From positions 1,798,001 to 1,862,000 of the forward strand of contig MU008164.1 of NCBI GenBank assembly GCA_010909165.1: a stretch of DNA of 64,000 bases. The letters are read 5' to 3'. Of this stretch, positions 51,274 through 64,000 are shown piece after piece. The DNA comes from Anthoceros angustus (taxonomy: Eukaryota; Plantae; Anthocerotophyta). The position numbers were made by a program, and so were the translations under genes. The notes beneath the pieces are model-generated. The model saw only the letters and a list, made by a program, of their open reading frames with translations. It searched no databases and was not told the origin of the DNA. Positions within the stretch are counted from its first letter, which is position 1. Every line of letters starts with the position of its first letter.

Positions 51274-51606
51274 GAATTATATGTATAGCTGCAACATATA
51301 GGTAGGCATGTGAGTATGAAAGTAATTATTTTCTGATTCTTATGATTATATAATTAATTATAGCCAGCTTCTAATTAAACATAAGAATTATATGTATAGC
51401 TGCAACATATAGGTAGGCATGTGAGTATGAAAGTAATTATTTTCTGATTCTTATGATTATATAATTAATTATAGCCAGCTTCTAATTAAACATAAGAATT
51501 ATATGTATAGCTGCAACATATAGGTAGGCATGTGAGTATGAAAGTAATTATTTTCTGATTCTTATGATTATATAATTAATTATAGCCAGCTTCTAATTAA
51601 ACATAA
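51274..51606. repeat. Three apparently identical 111-bp AT-rich tandem units
   Basis: GAATTATATGTATAGCTGCAAC starts at 51274, 51385 and 51496. Confidence 0.95.
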
Positions 51607-51619
51607 GCTGCTGAAGACA

Positions 51620-52000
51620 GTAAATGATGCTCGCACGACAGAACTCATCATCCAATCTTTAGACCTTGGCAACGCTCTCACAAGCTGCATAGGATCTGAA
51701 GTTTTTGCTTACAAGCTAGCTAGTTGGTGGCCTACCAAGCTCGATACTTGTTCCACCCATATCAGCCTGTCCTCTTCTATGCATCCTGGTTTGTTGTTGA
51801 TCAATGCGGCCACTTTCTGTGAGGGTTCCGGCCAGCTCTCGCCGCAAGGTTTCCTGTTTGGATTGAATTTACCTTTCCGCCTATGAAAGGATTGAGTAGC
51901 TCGACATTGCCTTAAGAATGTTGAGAGAGAGCATCCCCTACACACGTATGCAATCGAAGCTTGACAAAAAAATAGGTAAGAATGGATTCCCGACGAGAAC
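51620..52000 (-). mobile_element. Possible degenerate copia RNase H C-terminus
   Basis: CIEEDRLIWVEQVSS..QLASL*AK weakly resembles the CVEEGRIxVEHVST.EQLADILTK consensus. Confidence 0.3.
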
Positions 52001-52411
52001 AATTATAGAAACACGGAAAGCAAAGAGAAGGAGCAGATGATTCATGTCATCTATAGTGCATATTGTGGGCAAGAATGGTGGCCCAAAGGGTAATTTCCTT
52101 GCTAGAGTGTACATCCTAGTGCCTTTATGCTTGTATCCTATGCTCTATGACTTCAATCAAAGTCTTGACCTACACTTAAACATGCAGATTTATTATCTAA
52201 TTATGAGTGGATTATTATATTTTAACAGAATATTATTATATGTATTATATGGATAATTTAATTAATTTAATATATAGACTATCCTTCCATTTCTAACCTC
52301 ACTTCCTTTTGTCCAACACATGACATGAGAACTCCAGTTAAGCGCACCGCGGATCAATACTGGGATGGGGAACCATATACAATCTTTCATTCTCTCATAA
52401 CCTTTCAGCCC

Positions 52412-52737
52412 AGTTGGGTAAATACTAGATGTCTTAGATTAGAGTCTAAATCGCCCCAGTTCACCTGGGCGCGCTGGCGGTTGGGTAAATACTAGATGTC
52501 TTATATTAGAGTCGAAATCGCCCCAGTTCACCTGGGCGCGCTGGCCTCCCCCGTGTGTGGTCTCTGCGCGAGGCCAGTGCCCCCTCGTGTGTGGTCTCTG
52601 TGCGAGATTACCCCTACTGTATCTATATCTGTCCAATGAAGTGCTCAAAATTACCCCTACTGTATCTGCATCTGTTCAATGAAGTGTTCAAAATTACCCC
52701 TACTGTATCTCTATCTGTCCAATGAAGTGTTCAGAAT
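52412..52737. repeat. Cluster of short tandem duplications (about 67 bp x2, a short GTGTGGTCTCTG duplication, 43 bp x3)
   Basis: GTTGGGTAAATACTAGATGTCTTA occurs twice; TTACCCCTACTGTATCT at 52608, 52651 and 52694. Confidence 0.85.
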
Positions 52738-52959
52738 TCAACCTCAGTACCATCTTGACTCTAGTTCTGATTTGGCGGCGGGGCCAATTGGGCATCGAGG
52801 ACAGGGGCTTAAAATGTGGACGCCAGCGGATCCATGGATGCACGGAATGACAGGGTATGAGATTGGAGATGATACTGTAGATTGTAGCTGGCCTTAAAGC
52901 TTGTGAACTCGCCGTGAACTTGGGATCCGTCAGAAAGTGCGCCGCACTACTGAGATACT

Positions 52960-55900
52960 GAGATGTATTGCCCAGTGGCATTTCCTCAACTCGGCAGGAC
53001 ATGTATGCAAAATGTGGTGAAGTGGAAGATGAACGCAGGCTTTTGACATCTGGACCAGGAGGGATATTGTGGTGACATGGACGGCACTGCTTGCTCAATG
53101 CTGGGTATGCACAGCCAAGCGAGGGCTCAGGCAAGAGAGCATGAGGGCCTGATTGTGGTTGACCGTGTTACTTTTGCTTGCCTTTCTGAAGGCCTGTGCA
53201 AGCACTGGTACGTAACTGACAGCAGGGGCAGGCAGCTGCACTTGTAAATGTGGAAACAGGACAGCCACAAAGTGACATTCTGGTGGACAGCTACCTGGAT
53301 GGTGGACATGTGTGCAAAATCTGACGAAGTACAAGATGCAGGCCAGGTCGGTGTGGACGGATCCACATGGACGTCCAGACAGCTCATGGGTACGCACGCG
53401 TGAAAGGGCTCTGTGAAGAGGTAGGCGCTAGATGTGTGTGCAGAAGTGGAGTAGGAGCGCCTAGGCTAGTTTAGCTAGCCTGAGGTTATTTTGCTTGCCT
53501 TTTCAAGGCCTGTGGATGCACTGGTGCCTTGCAAGAGGCAGGCATCTGCACTCGCAAAATTGTTGGAAACAGCGCAGCTAGAAAATGACATGTCACATCG
53601 GTGGGCAGCTGCTTGGTGGGCATGGAGGACAAATGTGGTGAAGTGGAAGATGCACGCGTACGCTAGGTCATTCACGGTTTGAACTGCAAAGAGGTGGGGA
53701 CATGGAATGCCCTGAGGATGATAGCTGGGCATGTACTGTCAGCAAGGGCGCTGTTGATGAAGAGGCATTTTTGCAATTGCAAGATCTGTATGGACAAATG
53801 GAGAAAGGCATCCCGTAGAACGTTGCAACTTTTGAGAGGCAGGCATGTCGATGCCTTCGTCTCCTAGCCTCTCAAGCTGTCACCGTGGAATGCTGGAAAG
53901 CCGATGACAATTGTCCCAGCTATGTGATGCAAGCAGGAACGCCGACGGTGTATGCACACAAAAGGGGCCACACAAGAGACATGCTTGGTGGGCAGCTGCC
54001 TGGTGGGCATACAAATAGTGACAGGACTCTTGGTGGCCATGAAAATGGAGTCCTGACAAATAAATATGGCGAAGTGGAAGATGCACGCTAGGCTATTCAC
54101 GGTTTGGACTCAAAAGAGGTGAGGTACAAGGAATGTCCTGCTGATATCTGGGCATGTAATGTCAGCAAGGGCTTTGTTAACTTGATAAAGAGGCTTGATC
54201 TGTATGGACATTTTGGAGAAAAGCATCCCGTAGAATCTTGCAGCTTTTGACAGGCAGGCATGTCGACTTACATGATGCCTTCGTCTCCTCACCTCTGAAG
54301 ATGTCACCGTGGAAAGCTAGAAAGACGATGACGATTGTCCCTATGTGATGCAAGCAGGAACGCCGACGGTGTATGCACACAAAAGGCATGCTTGTGGGCA
54401 CTAGTCTTAACTGGTAGACGTATGAATGCAACCTGTACCGAACTGGACTATGCAAGCTGGGTTTTTTCTACTGGTTTGGCACAAGAACGAGTCCATCTGC
54501 AAGCAAAACAAAATTGTTGCTACCAGCAGCAGCGGCAGCTTCGGACTCTGACTCTGGGACCTGGGTAGGTAGGACACAGTTGCAGGGACCTGAAAGAGTA
54601 GTCCACATCGTCAAGCTCCTCGCCCTTCTTCCTTAGTATGTCGGCTATGCGAACGAGTCTTTCCATTACATGTCATCTACAATCTACAACCTACAATTCT
54701 ACCCCATGTCCTTTTGATTTCCGGGATATGGATCGTTACAAGAATACCTTCGCCATACCCACCAGCGTGTCACTTTCAGCAACCTTCGTTTTACAATCTG
54801 TGATTAGAGCTGCCTGCCCTCAGATTTTGCAAGGCACAAGTGCTTCCATCCGCCTTGAAAAGGCAAGCAAAAGGAACCTCGATAGTCAAAAGCAGGAGCT
54901 CCTACTCTGTTGCTGCACACAGATCAAGCACTCTTCACAGAGCCCTTTCTGTGCGTACCCAGCTGTCAAGGAAGTACATGGCACCACATTCCTTGAGAGG
55001 CCCAACTGTCAAACACCCGGCGTGCATCTTGCAGTTCGTTAAATTTTGCATACACGTCCACCAGGCAGTCAGTACTGTTGCCCATCAAAATGTCACATTA
55101 TACCTGTCCCCTTCCACAATTTGGAAGTGCAGTTGCTCCTGCCTTTCTGTCAGGCGCCAGTGCTTGCACAGGCCTTCAGAATGCATGCAAGCAAAAGTAA
55201 CATGGTCAGCCACAATCAGGCTCTCTTGCTCTATTGGCTGAGCCCTTGCATTGCATACCCAGCCAGCTCTAGTGCCGCCTATGTCACCACATCCTTTCTG
55301 GTGAAAGTGTCGAACATGGCGTTAGACAGAGCATGCATACGGGGCGTATACGAATATATTCGCTAATAAAAGAATAACGGTTCTAGGTATTGGCTGGCCA
55401 CTTCTGCCGTAGAAATCCCAGTCACACAAGGGTTTGAAATGCATGTGATTCTGTCATTCCCGCCGGAACTAGGAACTTCTCAGACTGAAGCCGCCAGGGA
55501 TGAGGAGGGCTGGGAACTTTTGGACTGAGCTGGCTGGTCGCCCGAGTGGTCGTATTAGGTCACCGTCGCTTGAAGGGGTGCCACGGCCGAGAACGTTCGA
55601 GGCCGGGCGCCCTGACAAGCGACCGTTACCTTGCCTAAGGGACGCACTTGGGGCCTTGTTTTGGGCCTCGGCGCGCTCGTCATGGCTGTCCTTCCTGCTG
55701 AAACTAGGAACTTCTGAGACTGAGCCGCAGTTCTTCGCCAGGGATGAGGAGGGTCGTCTTTTGTGGGACAGTCTTCTCGCGCGGAGGCTGGGAGGACCAA
55801 CCAATGATCATCAGAGGCATGAGTTGCTTCAAGTGCGAACATGGATCGAGAAACCCTGTAACAGCTGCAAGTCTTGCAAGGTTGGTTGGCGGAACCGTTG
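52960..55900 (+). pseudogene. Third, more diverged copy of the degenerate PPR block (same orientation as 35750-38100)
   Basis: ORF 54638-55042 mirrors 37034-37450. DMYAKCGEVEDER and VVTWTALLAQ remnants at about 53000-53110. Confidence 0.8.
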
Positions 55901-55918
55901 CATGCACACAGCTTCAAG

Positions 55919-56776
55919 ATGAAGCCTTGTTTGTGGAGTAATCTGTACCAAGAGTGTCTGGAGATGATTCTGGCAAGGCTGCCATTGGGCAGCCGCGTTC
56001 GCTTCTCTATCGTTGACCCTGGCAGTCTGTCTTGGCATCTTCAGATTTGAAGGGCTTGTATGATTCCGTGGAGCCTGGACTTGCACCTCCGGTGTACAGC
56101 TTGCAGTATGACCTTGGCGAGCTAGCTTGGAGAGCTGGATTGTTTCGAGACGAGCGCTCAAGCGGGGTCTGAAAGGGGGAGTTGGCGGATCTCGAGTTTG
56201 GCTTGTCTTTTCTTCCTCCCGAACTCCATGCTTTCAGAGCCCGGGAGTTCCTTGTCAAGGACGGATTGATGCATCTTCAAGGTTGACGGACAGAAGCCTG
56301 AGACTCAGCGTCCCCATATGTCGGTCTCTCAATTATATGGCGCTGGGTTGCAGGGGATGGGGATGGGGACGGCTAGGGATACACACTCTGAGTTTCAACC
56401 TTTGGTCTTTCATGCTTCTGTTTGTCTGTCAGCCTTGAAGATGCAAACCAATCCGTCCTTCACAACGTATTCTTGGATTCCGAAAGTTTGGAATTCTAGA
56501 GGAAGGAAAGACAAGTTAACCTCGAGAACCTCCATCTGCCCATTTCAGACAGCGTTTGAGCTCGCGTCTCGAAGAAGCCAACTCGCCAAGCTCGTACTAC
56601 ATTCTACACACCGGAAGTGCAGGTGAGGCTCCACGGAGTCACACGCGCGTGAAATATGTGGATGCTAAGGAAGACTGCCAGTCCTTGGAGACAATGGAGA
56701 AGCAAACGCGGCTGCCCAATCGCAGCCTGGCCAGAATTATCTCCAGGGGCAGATTGCACCACAAACAAGGCTTCAT
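55919..56776. repeat. Local fold-back of two F-box paralogue fragments (arms 55919-56293 plus and 56420-56776 minus, about 125-bp spacer)
   Basis: Both arms run from ATGAAGCCTTGTTTGTGG through the F-box motif to GTxAAGGACGGATTG..GCATCTTCAAGG.TGAC.GACA in opposite orientation. Confidence 0.85.
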
Positions 56777-57786
56777 TTGGAAGAAAGCGCGCACATCACC
56801 GTCATTGTTTTGTGTGTGCAGAAACATATAGAACCTGTAAGCATTACAGGTCCAAGGATAATAGCTGGCACGCCACGGCCCCGACGCAGCCATTCTGGTT
56901 TTTCATCTTCATACGGAACAACAACTGGCCTGAGTAGTTTTTGTGCACCGGTCGTCCTAGGAAACAGCAGTTGGCCTCAGTAGTTTTTGTGCACTGGCCT
57001 TCCTAGGAAACAACGGTTGGCCTCAGTAGTTTTTTGTGCAATAGTGAACTGTAAGAAACAAAGGGGACCAGGGAGATAAACATCCTCTATCTCGAAAGGG
57101 GCTGAGTTACTGTTTCTGTTATAAAGAGTAATGTCGCGCAGAGGCCATAAAGAGGTAATCTCGCGCAAGAGGCCATAAAGAGGTAATCTCGCGCAGAAGC
57201 CATAAAGAGGGTAGTCTCGTGCACAGGCAATAAAAGAGGGTAATCTTGCGGAGAAGCATAAAGAGGGTAATCTTGCGCAGAAGCATAAAGAGGGTAATCT
57301 CGCGCAGAGGCCACACACGAGGTGGCTGACGTTATTTGAGGAGTACCAACGTCCCGACGAAGATGAGGATACAGTGCCAAGAGTTATATGCAAATTCTTT
57401 GCATGGCGGGGGATACTTTTGGACCCAGATATATGGCGAGCATTGGATGACATTAAGGGTGCATGACAAGGCCGAGGACTATGTCAGTAGCAACGGTGAA
57501 GTAGCTGATTGAGCAACCTTGTTAGATTGTTAGGTGATACCATCTACTTCACTATTTTTTTTAGTGACACTGTCCTCGACCCTGAAGAGGGGTTGTGAAC
57601 GCACTTGGTGGGATACAACATTCTCGACAATGCATGGAGTCTCATTTCCAAAGGTGAGAGTACCTTATTCTGGAGCGATTCGCACGGTCTCTTCTTACCG
57701 AATGATCTCTGTGTTTGACACGTTTCCATGTTCAACTGTGTCAGGTGTGTGTAGTCCATGTGCACTTTAGGACACCTCTCAAAGTA

Positions 57787-58570
57787 TGGTCGATGGTCCC
57801 CACACGCTGAAAGGCGTAGTCCACTCCTCCGTCTGTCATATGAGCGATCACCTGAAATATCCGGTCCAGACTCCGCTTCCGTGTCGACATCCTTGCCAGA
57901 GGTGCAAGAAAAACTGCTGACTTTGTACTCCATGTCTGTCTACCTGGTGAATGGGCTTGTCGTGATAGACGAAGTCTGTGGCTCGAAAACATGACCTGGG
58001 GAGAACATGAGGCTCGTCACCATTAAAAGCCCACCATCTATCTACTACAGCAAGAGTGACATTCATGACATCTACCTGGTGCAGCCTTCTCTGGGCTCAC
58101 ATCAACTCCAATGATCCCAGAAGCTCCAGCCACTCGGGCACCTTCAGCCACCTGCCACAAACACACGATCAGGTCAATGGATGCAGACGACCAGAGCAGA
58201 GCACTCAGAGGATTCACGCTTGCCAGAGGGACACATGAAAGTCCTACCGCTAGTCCTACAGTTCCAAGGCCAAAGATGGCCACAAGTTGATCGAGCATGC
58301 ACTTTGGCACTCTTCCAAGCAGCTCCCAGGCCTGCAGAATTACATGGTAAGGACGCTACTCCCTCAACTAAACGAATTGCTATTACTGAAATCATCGAAC
58401 CTGTGGCCACTCCACAGGTGAGAAGGCACACTCCGTGAAGGGGAGCCTCTGGGCTCACTTTCATGAACGACACAGCCATGCGACATTAATGTGTATTGGC
58501 TGAACGGAAGGTGCCCAAGCACTGGTACACCAGCTTTCCATTCCAGGTGAAGCAAGTCTCGCATTTCCCG
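57787..58570 (-). pseudogene. Second ADH fragment, truncated at both ends
   Basis: Reverse complement of 24015-24797; breaks after VGTID and fuses to an F-box C-terminal fragment. Confidence 0.88.
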
Positions 58571-58906
58571 CGCGGGCAGTGCGTATCTCGTCGGTGACGT
58601 TGGCGTTTAAGGTTTGCACATGGTGGTTTTGTCACATTGAAATTTAAGGTTTGCACATGTTGGTTTTGTCACATTGACATTAGAGGCAATCCTGGGAGAG
58701 AAAAAAGGAAGCGCATGATGAGTAAGCCCTAAATTGATTGACATGTCTGTCGTGGCGCGCCCACACTCTCTGTTGTCAGAGTGATTTGAGTGGAGACCAC
58801 TTGATAAATCTTCGACGTTCCTCCTTTCCCCGCCGGAGTGGGAACTTCGCACGGTCCCCGTGTGCGGGAGTGAGAACTTCACACCGTCCCCGGTGTCTTC
58901 GCTTAA

Positions 58907-60828
58907 TTGTCGATGGTGAACGTGAGATCGTGGATCCGCATCAACCGCTTGTGCCAAGAATGTAAGGAGTGGAATCAAGGGTGGGACGATTCCCATCCGA
59001 GGTTGGAGGCTTTGCTGGGTCGAGGGTTGGAGCAACGGGCTGCCAATGTAAACGCGGGCGATGATGGGGAGGACCAAGGTCCAATGTTCTTCAGAAGCAC
59101 GAGGTGCTCTTCATGCCGAACATGGATCGGGAAACCCCATTTCCAGCTGCAGTTGCTGCACGGGCGGTTGGCGGAACCGTTGGATCCATGCAGCTTCGAG
59201 ATGGAGCCTTGTGTGTGGAGCAATCTGCCCCAAGAGTGTCTGGACACAGTTCTGGCCAGGCTGCCATTGGGCAGCCGCATTCGCTTCTCCATCGTCTGCA
59301 AGGGCTGGCAGTCTTCCTTAGCATCCCCAGATTTGAAGCGCTTGTGTGACTCCGTGGAGCCTCGACCGGTGTGCAGCCTGCAGTACCAGCTTGGCGAGCT
59401 GGCTTCTTTCGAGCCGCCCGCTCAAACGCCGTCTGAGACAGGGAGTTGGAGGTTCTGGAGCTTGGGTTGTCCTTTCTTCCTCCCAAATTCCAGTCTTTCG
59501 GAGCCAGGAGTTCCTTGTGAAGGACGGACTGGTTTGCATTTTCAAGCTCGACAAACCGAAGACCGAAAGACCTAAGCTTGAAACTCAGCCTCTCCCGGTG
59601 TCTGTATGTAATACATATTATGGCGCTGGAGTGGGGAATGGGGATGGGGATGGGGATGATGAGGATGATGAGGAAGACGCAGATGAAGACGAAGAGGAGG
59701 AGGAGGAGGAGGAGGAGGAGAGGCATTGCAACGGAGATGGGGAGGAGGATGATGACACGGATGCAGACGAGGAGAGGCATTGGAACGAGGATGGGGATGC
59801 GGATGGGGATGATGCAGAGAGTGATGAGGATGATGAGGATGAGAAGGATGAAGAAGAGGAGGAGAAGGAGGAGGAGGAGGATGAGGAAGAGGGAGAGGAG
59901 GAGGAGGAGCCTTTGGATGAAGAGGGGTGGATGAGGAGAGGTATTTTACAGCAGAGAACATACATAAGTGCTCTCGAGATTATGATGACGAGAGCGAGAA
60001 GGCAGTAGGTATGAGTTTCTGCGTTGCCAATCCTATTACCAGAACATTCAAAGAGCTGCCACCTCAGTTTGGCATGGAAGCTGACTTCCACGAGTACCCA
60101 GAATCTTGGAGATTCCAATTTGAGGTGGAAGAAAGCGGGACTTCACTGTCATCGTTTTGTGTGTGCAGAGAGGCATACCAACTGCAACCATCTACAGGTC
60201 CAAGGATGATAGCTGGAAAGCCACGGCCCTGTCTCAACCACTCTGGTTTTCCGTCTTAGTGGGAAAAACGACTGGCCTCAGTACTTTTGTGCAGTGCTGA
60301 TCAACTGTGCGAAGCAAAGTGGACCCACTTGATGAACATCCACTGTCTGGAAAGTGGCCGAGTTATTTGGGATGGGAAATACCAAGGTCCTGATGAAGAT
60401 ATGGATACGGTGCCCAGAGCTATCTGCAAATTCTTTGCGTGGCGGGGTAGAATTTGGCGCCTTCAACAAGACGACCACCAGCACAATTTGGTGAATTTTG
60501 GGTTTTGGGAGCTGGAAAGGAGCCCATATATGTGGCGCAAGGTATCGGTTCTGCCTGAGCATTTGCACAAAGTGCTCTTCGATTCGCAGAGGTATCAGCG
60601 GCGGGCGAGGAATCGGAGGATCCGGTTGGATGGAGCAACCTTGTTGGGTGATACAATGTATTTCAGTGTTGCTACGGACGTTGTCCTCGACCATGACGGG
60701 AGTGCACGCACTTGGTGGGCTACCACCTTCTCCAGAATGCATGGAGTCACATTTCCAAATGCGAGAGTGAATTCGTCTGGAACAAATATTCGTGCCCTCT
60801 CTTCCGGCCGAATGGTTTTGGTGTTTGA
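58907..60828 (+). CDS. F-box family copy F6, near-identical to F2; frameshifted as given
   Basis: ORFs 58907-59575, 59346-60008, 59927-60259 and 60287-60892 join to give the same protein as F2, ending RPNGFGV-stop (TGA at 60826-60828). Confidence 0.87.
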
Positions 60829-62693
60829 CAGGTTTCTAGTTCAACTCTGTCAAGTGTGTGCTGTTGGAAGCTGTGTTCAAGTTCGTAGCTGACTCGAATG
60901 GGTAGAACCTCGGACTGGTCGGAGCCGAAAGTGTCTAGAAGGCTGCCAACCGTTTCCTGCAACAAGATCTGAAGTAGTTTTGGTTGAGAACATGAGAAGC
61001 ACAGACATTGATACCCACCACTTTCCTTCAATTTTGCATATGCAGAGAGCCTTAATTTTCCTTTTTCTTATTGCAGAGGAAGATGGCTCCGCTCTAAGAC
61101 TTTGTCTTGGCAGTTGCGCACCTGTATATCAGAACTTGGGAGATTGTCCTCAGAGGGGTAGATTGGGGGAGGTGCAAGCGACAAGAGTCGTGGTTCCGAG
61201 AAAACATGTCGTGATGGACCGGTGTTCAGAGTCCATAAACTGTCCTACCAAACACGAGCACAATCCGTTGTCGGAGGTCTCTGGCCAGGCTGGCTTTTTA
61301 TTATTCTGTCCGCTGGAAACCCCCGGCCCAGTGCAAGGTGATGGAAGAAGTGTGATCAGCCTGTGTGTGTGTGTTTGTGTCATCGGCAAGCCTCCATTGA
61401 TAGATAGGACCATGATGATATGAACACCCGGCGCGTCCAAATATGGGATATGTATGGTTTCAATGATGTTAATGTCGGGAGGCTTACGCGCACACTTGTA
61501 GGATTGTATGAATTCCTGTTTATGGAGTCTCCATGTATACGGGCTCATGGCTACCCGTTCTCTACATGGTTGGAAAGACATCGGTGTACAAGGACACTGG
61601 CAACCTCAGATAGTGCCTTCTGGACATTGACCTGGCCTGGGCCTGCACTGACGGACGAGCTCGTACAAGTAATCAACCTGTTATCTAGATAACAGGCTTA
61701 TGCTCTAGATCTAGAGCATTTGCTTCACGGTGGCGTAGAGCATTCATGTCCACCAGAGCAGGCAACTGCCCACAAGCATGTCTTTTCGTTTGCGTGCGGG
61801 CCCGATAAAAAACTCTGATGCATACACGGGTGTCGGCGTTCCACCTTGCATCACACATTGACAATCGTCATCGTCTTTCCTGGCACGGTGCTTGCATCAC
61901 ACATTGACAATCGTCATCGTCTTTCCTGGCACGGTGACATCTTTAGAGGTTTGGATCTCGACGAAGGCATCATTTATGTACGTCGACATGTCTGACTGTC
62001 AAAAGCTGCCGGATTCTACGGGATGCTTTTCTCCCAATATACTTTACATGCCCAGCTATCAGGGCCTTCCATATGCATGTCCCCACCTCTTTTGAGTCCA
62101 AAGCGTGAATGACCTAGCGTGCATCTTCCACTCCGCCACATTTGTCCTCCATGCCTGCCCTAGGCCTCTTGCAAGGCACTAGCATCCACTTGCAGGTCGT
62201 CAGATTTTGCATAAATGCATGTTCACGATCCAGGCTAGCTGTTGCCGACCAGAATGTCACTTTGTAGCTGTCTTGTTTCCACAATTGGCAAGTGCAGCTG
62301 CCTGCCATTCTTTAAGTTACGCACCAGTGGTTGCACAGGCCTTCAAAAAGACAAGCAAAAGTGACATGGACAATCAGGCCCCCCTGCCCTCTTGGCTGAG
62401 TCCTCGCTCGGCTGTCCATACGCCAGAAACACAAGTGTCTCCCTTAAGCTTGTATGACATGGGCTCTTCCCAGTTCACAACCTCGCGTCCACTTCTCTTG
62501 CAAGGGCTAGTATCCCCACAAGCTGATTCGGACCTCATCAGCGCTTCCTGATAGCAGGAATATTTCACCATGTTCCTGGATTGCACATAGAGGCTCCCTC
62601 CACGTACGTGCACACCGTCTGCTCCTGTACACTTGGAGTCAATCCCTTCACGCTTTCCGTTGTTGGCATATGACATTGTGAGGGCCTAGCTAG

Positions 62694-64000
62694 TGAAAGA
62701 GCGAAGACACGAACGATAGAACTTCGTAGCTTGACTCTTTCGATTAATTATCAACAATACAAAAATACGTTCTTATACGTTATTACAAAACGACGTACTG
62801 AAAACCCTAAACGGATATAATAATGATATAGCCCAATATGCTCAGTACGAGCATGATAACGAGGGATTAGCGACTAAAGCGATGGCCGACATATTATCAC
62901 AATTGAGTGTTGTAGGCGTAGACGGCGGACGCTTAATATCACTCAAATGTGAGCGCTCCCACTCAGCCTCTTTACCGGCTTCGGTAAGAGCATCCACAAA
63001 ACCAGTGAGGTTGAAGTGATTTCGACCAGTGGAGGTATAGCAAATGCCATATGTGGAGGTATAGCAAATGCCATATGTGGAGGTACCATGTCGCGCGCTG
63101 ATCCGAATCGGGAGTGTGTGGGCTATGTCCGGGAGTGAGGGCGGCGCCGGTGCTGTCCAATGTCGGAACCATCAGCCTGCGGCTCCTCCTGAGCATCAGC
63201 GGGAGCAGAGGCAGGGGAATGCAAGCCGAGATTGTGGTGCGTCGGATCACGGCTGTGATCAATAAAAGCGGGTTGAAAGCCACTGGAGACGCCGGGAATA
63301 GGGTAGTTGAATCCCTCATCTGGAGCAGGATCGTCGTCAGGAAATGTGTGAGAATCAAAACTACTGGTGTCTTGGATGTCGTATGAATCCCAAGATGAGG
63401 CATTTGTAGGTTGGTGACTGGACTCTCTACTTGCGGAAGAGGCTTCCACTGCTCAAGCTACCACTGGAGCTTCATTAAAGACAATGCTCCTGGCATAGGT
63501 AAGTTGGTGTGTAGAAGGCATGTAAAGCTTGTAGGCTTTCACCTACTCGCCATAGCCAACAAATATGTGTTTGGTGGCCCTGTCTGCTAGCTTAGGCCGG
63601 CCTTGAAGGGGAACAAGGTCCTAGGCGGTGCAAGCAAACACTCTGAGATGAGCTACCCCAGGTTTCCTCTTATACCATAACCCAAATGGTGTTGTCCCTA
63701 ACGGAATGGCTGATGTATGGATCCGATTCATTACATAGGTAGCTGTGACCACGCCTTGATGGGGCTTGAAGATGGGAGGCGAGGCGAGGAATGCAAGCCG
63801 AGATTGTGGTGCGTCGGATCACGGCATGATCAATAAAAGCGGGTTGAAAGCCACCGGAGCGGGAATAGGTAGTTGAATCCCTCATCCGGAGCAGGATCGT
63901 CGTCGAAATGTGTGAGAATCAAAACTCTGGTGTCTTGGATGTCGATGAATCCCAAGATGAGGCATTTGTAGGTTGGTGTTGGACTCTCTACTTGGAAGAG
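62694..64000 (-). mobile_element. 3' part of a deleted Ty1/copia element: putative LTR (62694 to about 62941-62965) joined to the integrase C-terminal/linker region
   Basis: TG at 62694. Minus-strand translation includes KPGVAHLRVFACTA, KLADRATKHIFVGYGE and KAYKLY. About 63225-63410 is duplicated at about 63790-63990. RT and RNase H are missing. Confidence 0.8.

Larger units (their letters stand above)
57787..62693. repeat. Right arm of inverted duplication IR2
   Basis: See left arm. It ends where the copia LTR starts. Confidence 0.92.

Noticed and set aside
1-64000. rRNA, tRNA, or organellar insertion
   Set aside because: None recognised by eye; the only tRNA-related sequence is the retrotransposon PBS. 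tRNAscan-SE and BLAST against organelle genomes would be needed to exclude short pieces.

Overview
Land-plant nuclear DNA: spliceosomal introns, PLS-class PPR genes and plant LTR retrotransposons are all present. A DYW:KP-type deaminase domain (KKPAVATIEV / HAEKLA, probable GRP terminus) points to a hornwort, fern or lycophyte, the lineages with U-to-C organellar RNA editing (inference). Layout: (i) 1-10980, an unidentified element with two divergent multi-exon genes, a partial internal duplication and a GC-rich right end. (ii) 10981-14866, germin and PPR fragments plus a pseudogenised PPR-E-DYW:KP gene with an N-terminal OSB-type PDF motif. (iii) 14870-62693, a rearranged mosaic of an intronless F-box family with poly-D/E tracts, degenerate PPR blocks and 5'-truncated ADH copies, arranged as overlapping multi-kb inverted duplications. 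It is interrupted by a Ty3/gypsy chromovirus (LTRs and TSD visible), a copia fragment, a gag-protease-only Ty3 element and several small tandem arrays. (iv) 62694-64000, the end of a deleted copia element. Many frameshifts fall in homopolymers, so some pseudogene calls and noisy duplicates may be long-read errors. Boundaries were read by eye; unless an exact motif is quoted they are approximate to tens of bases.
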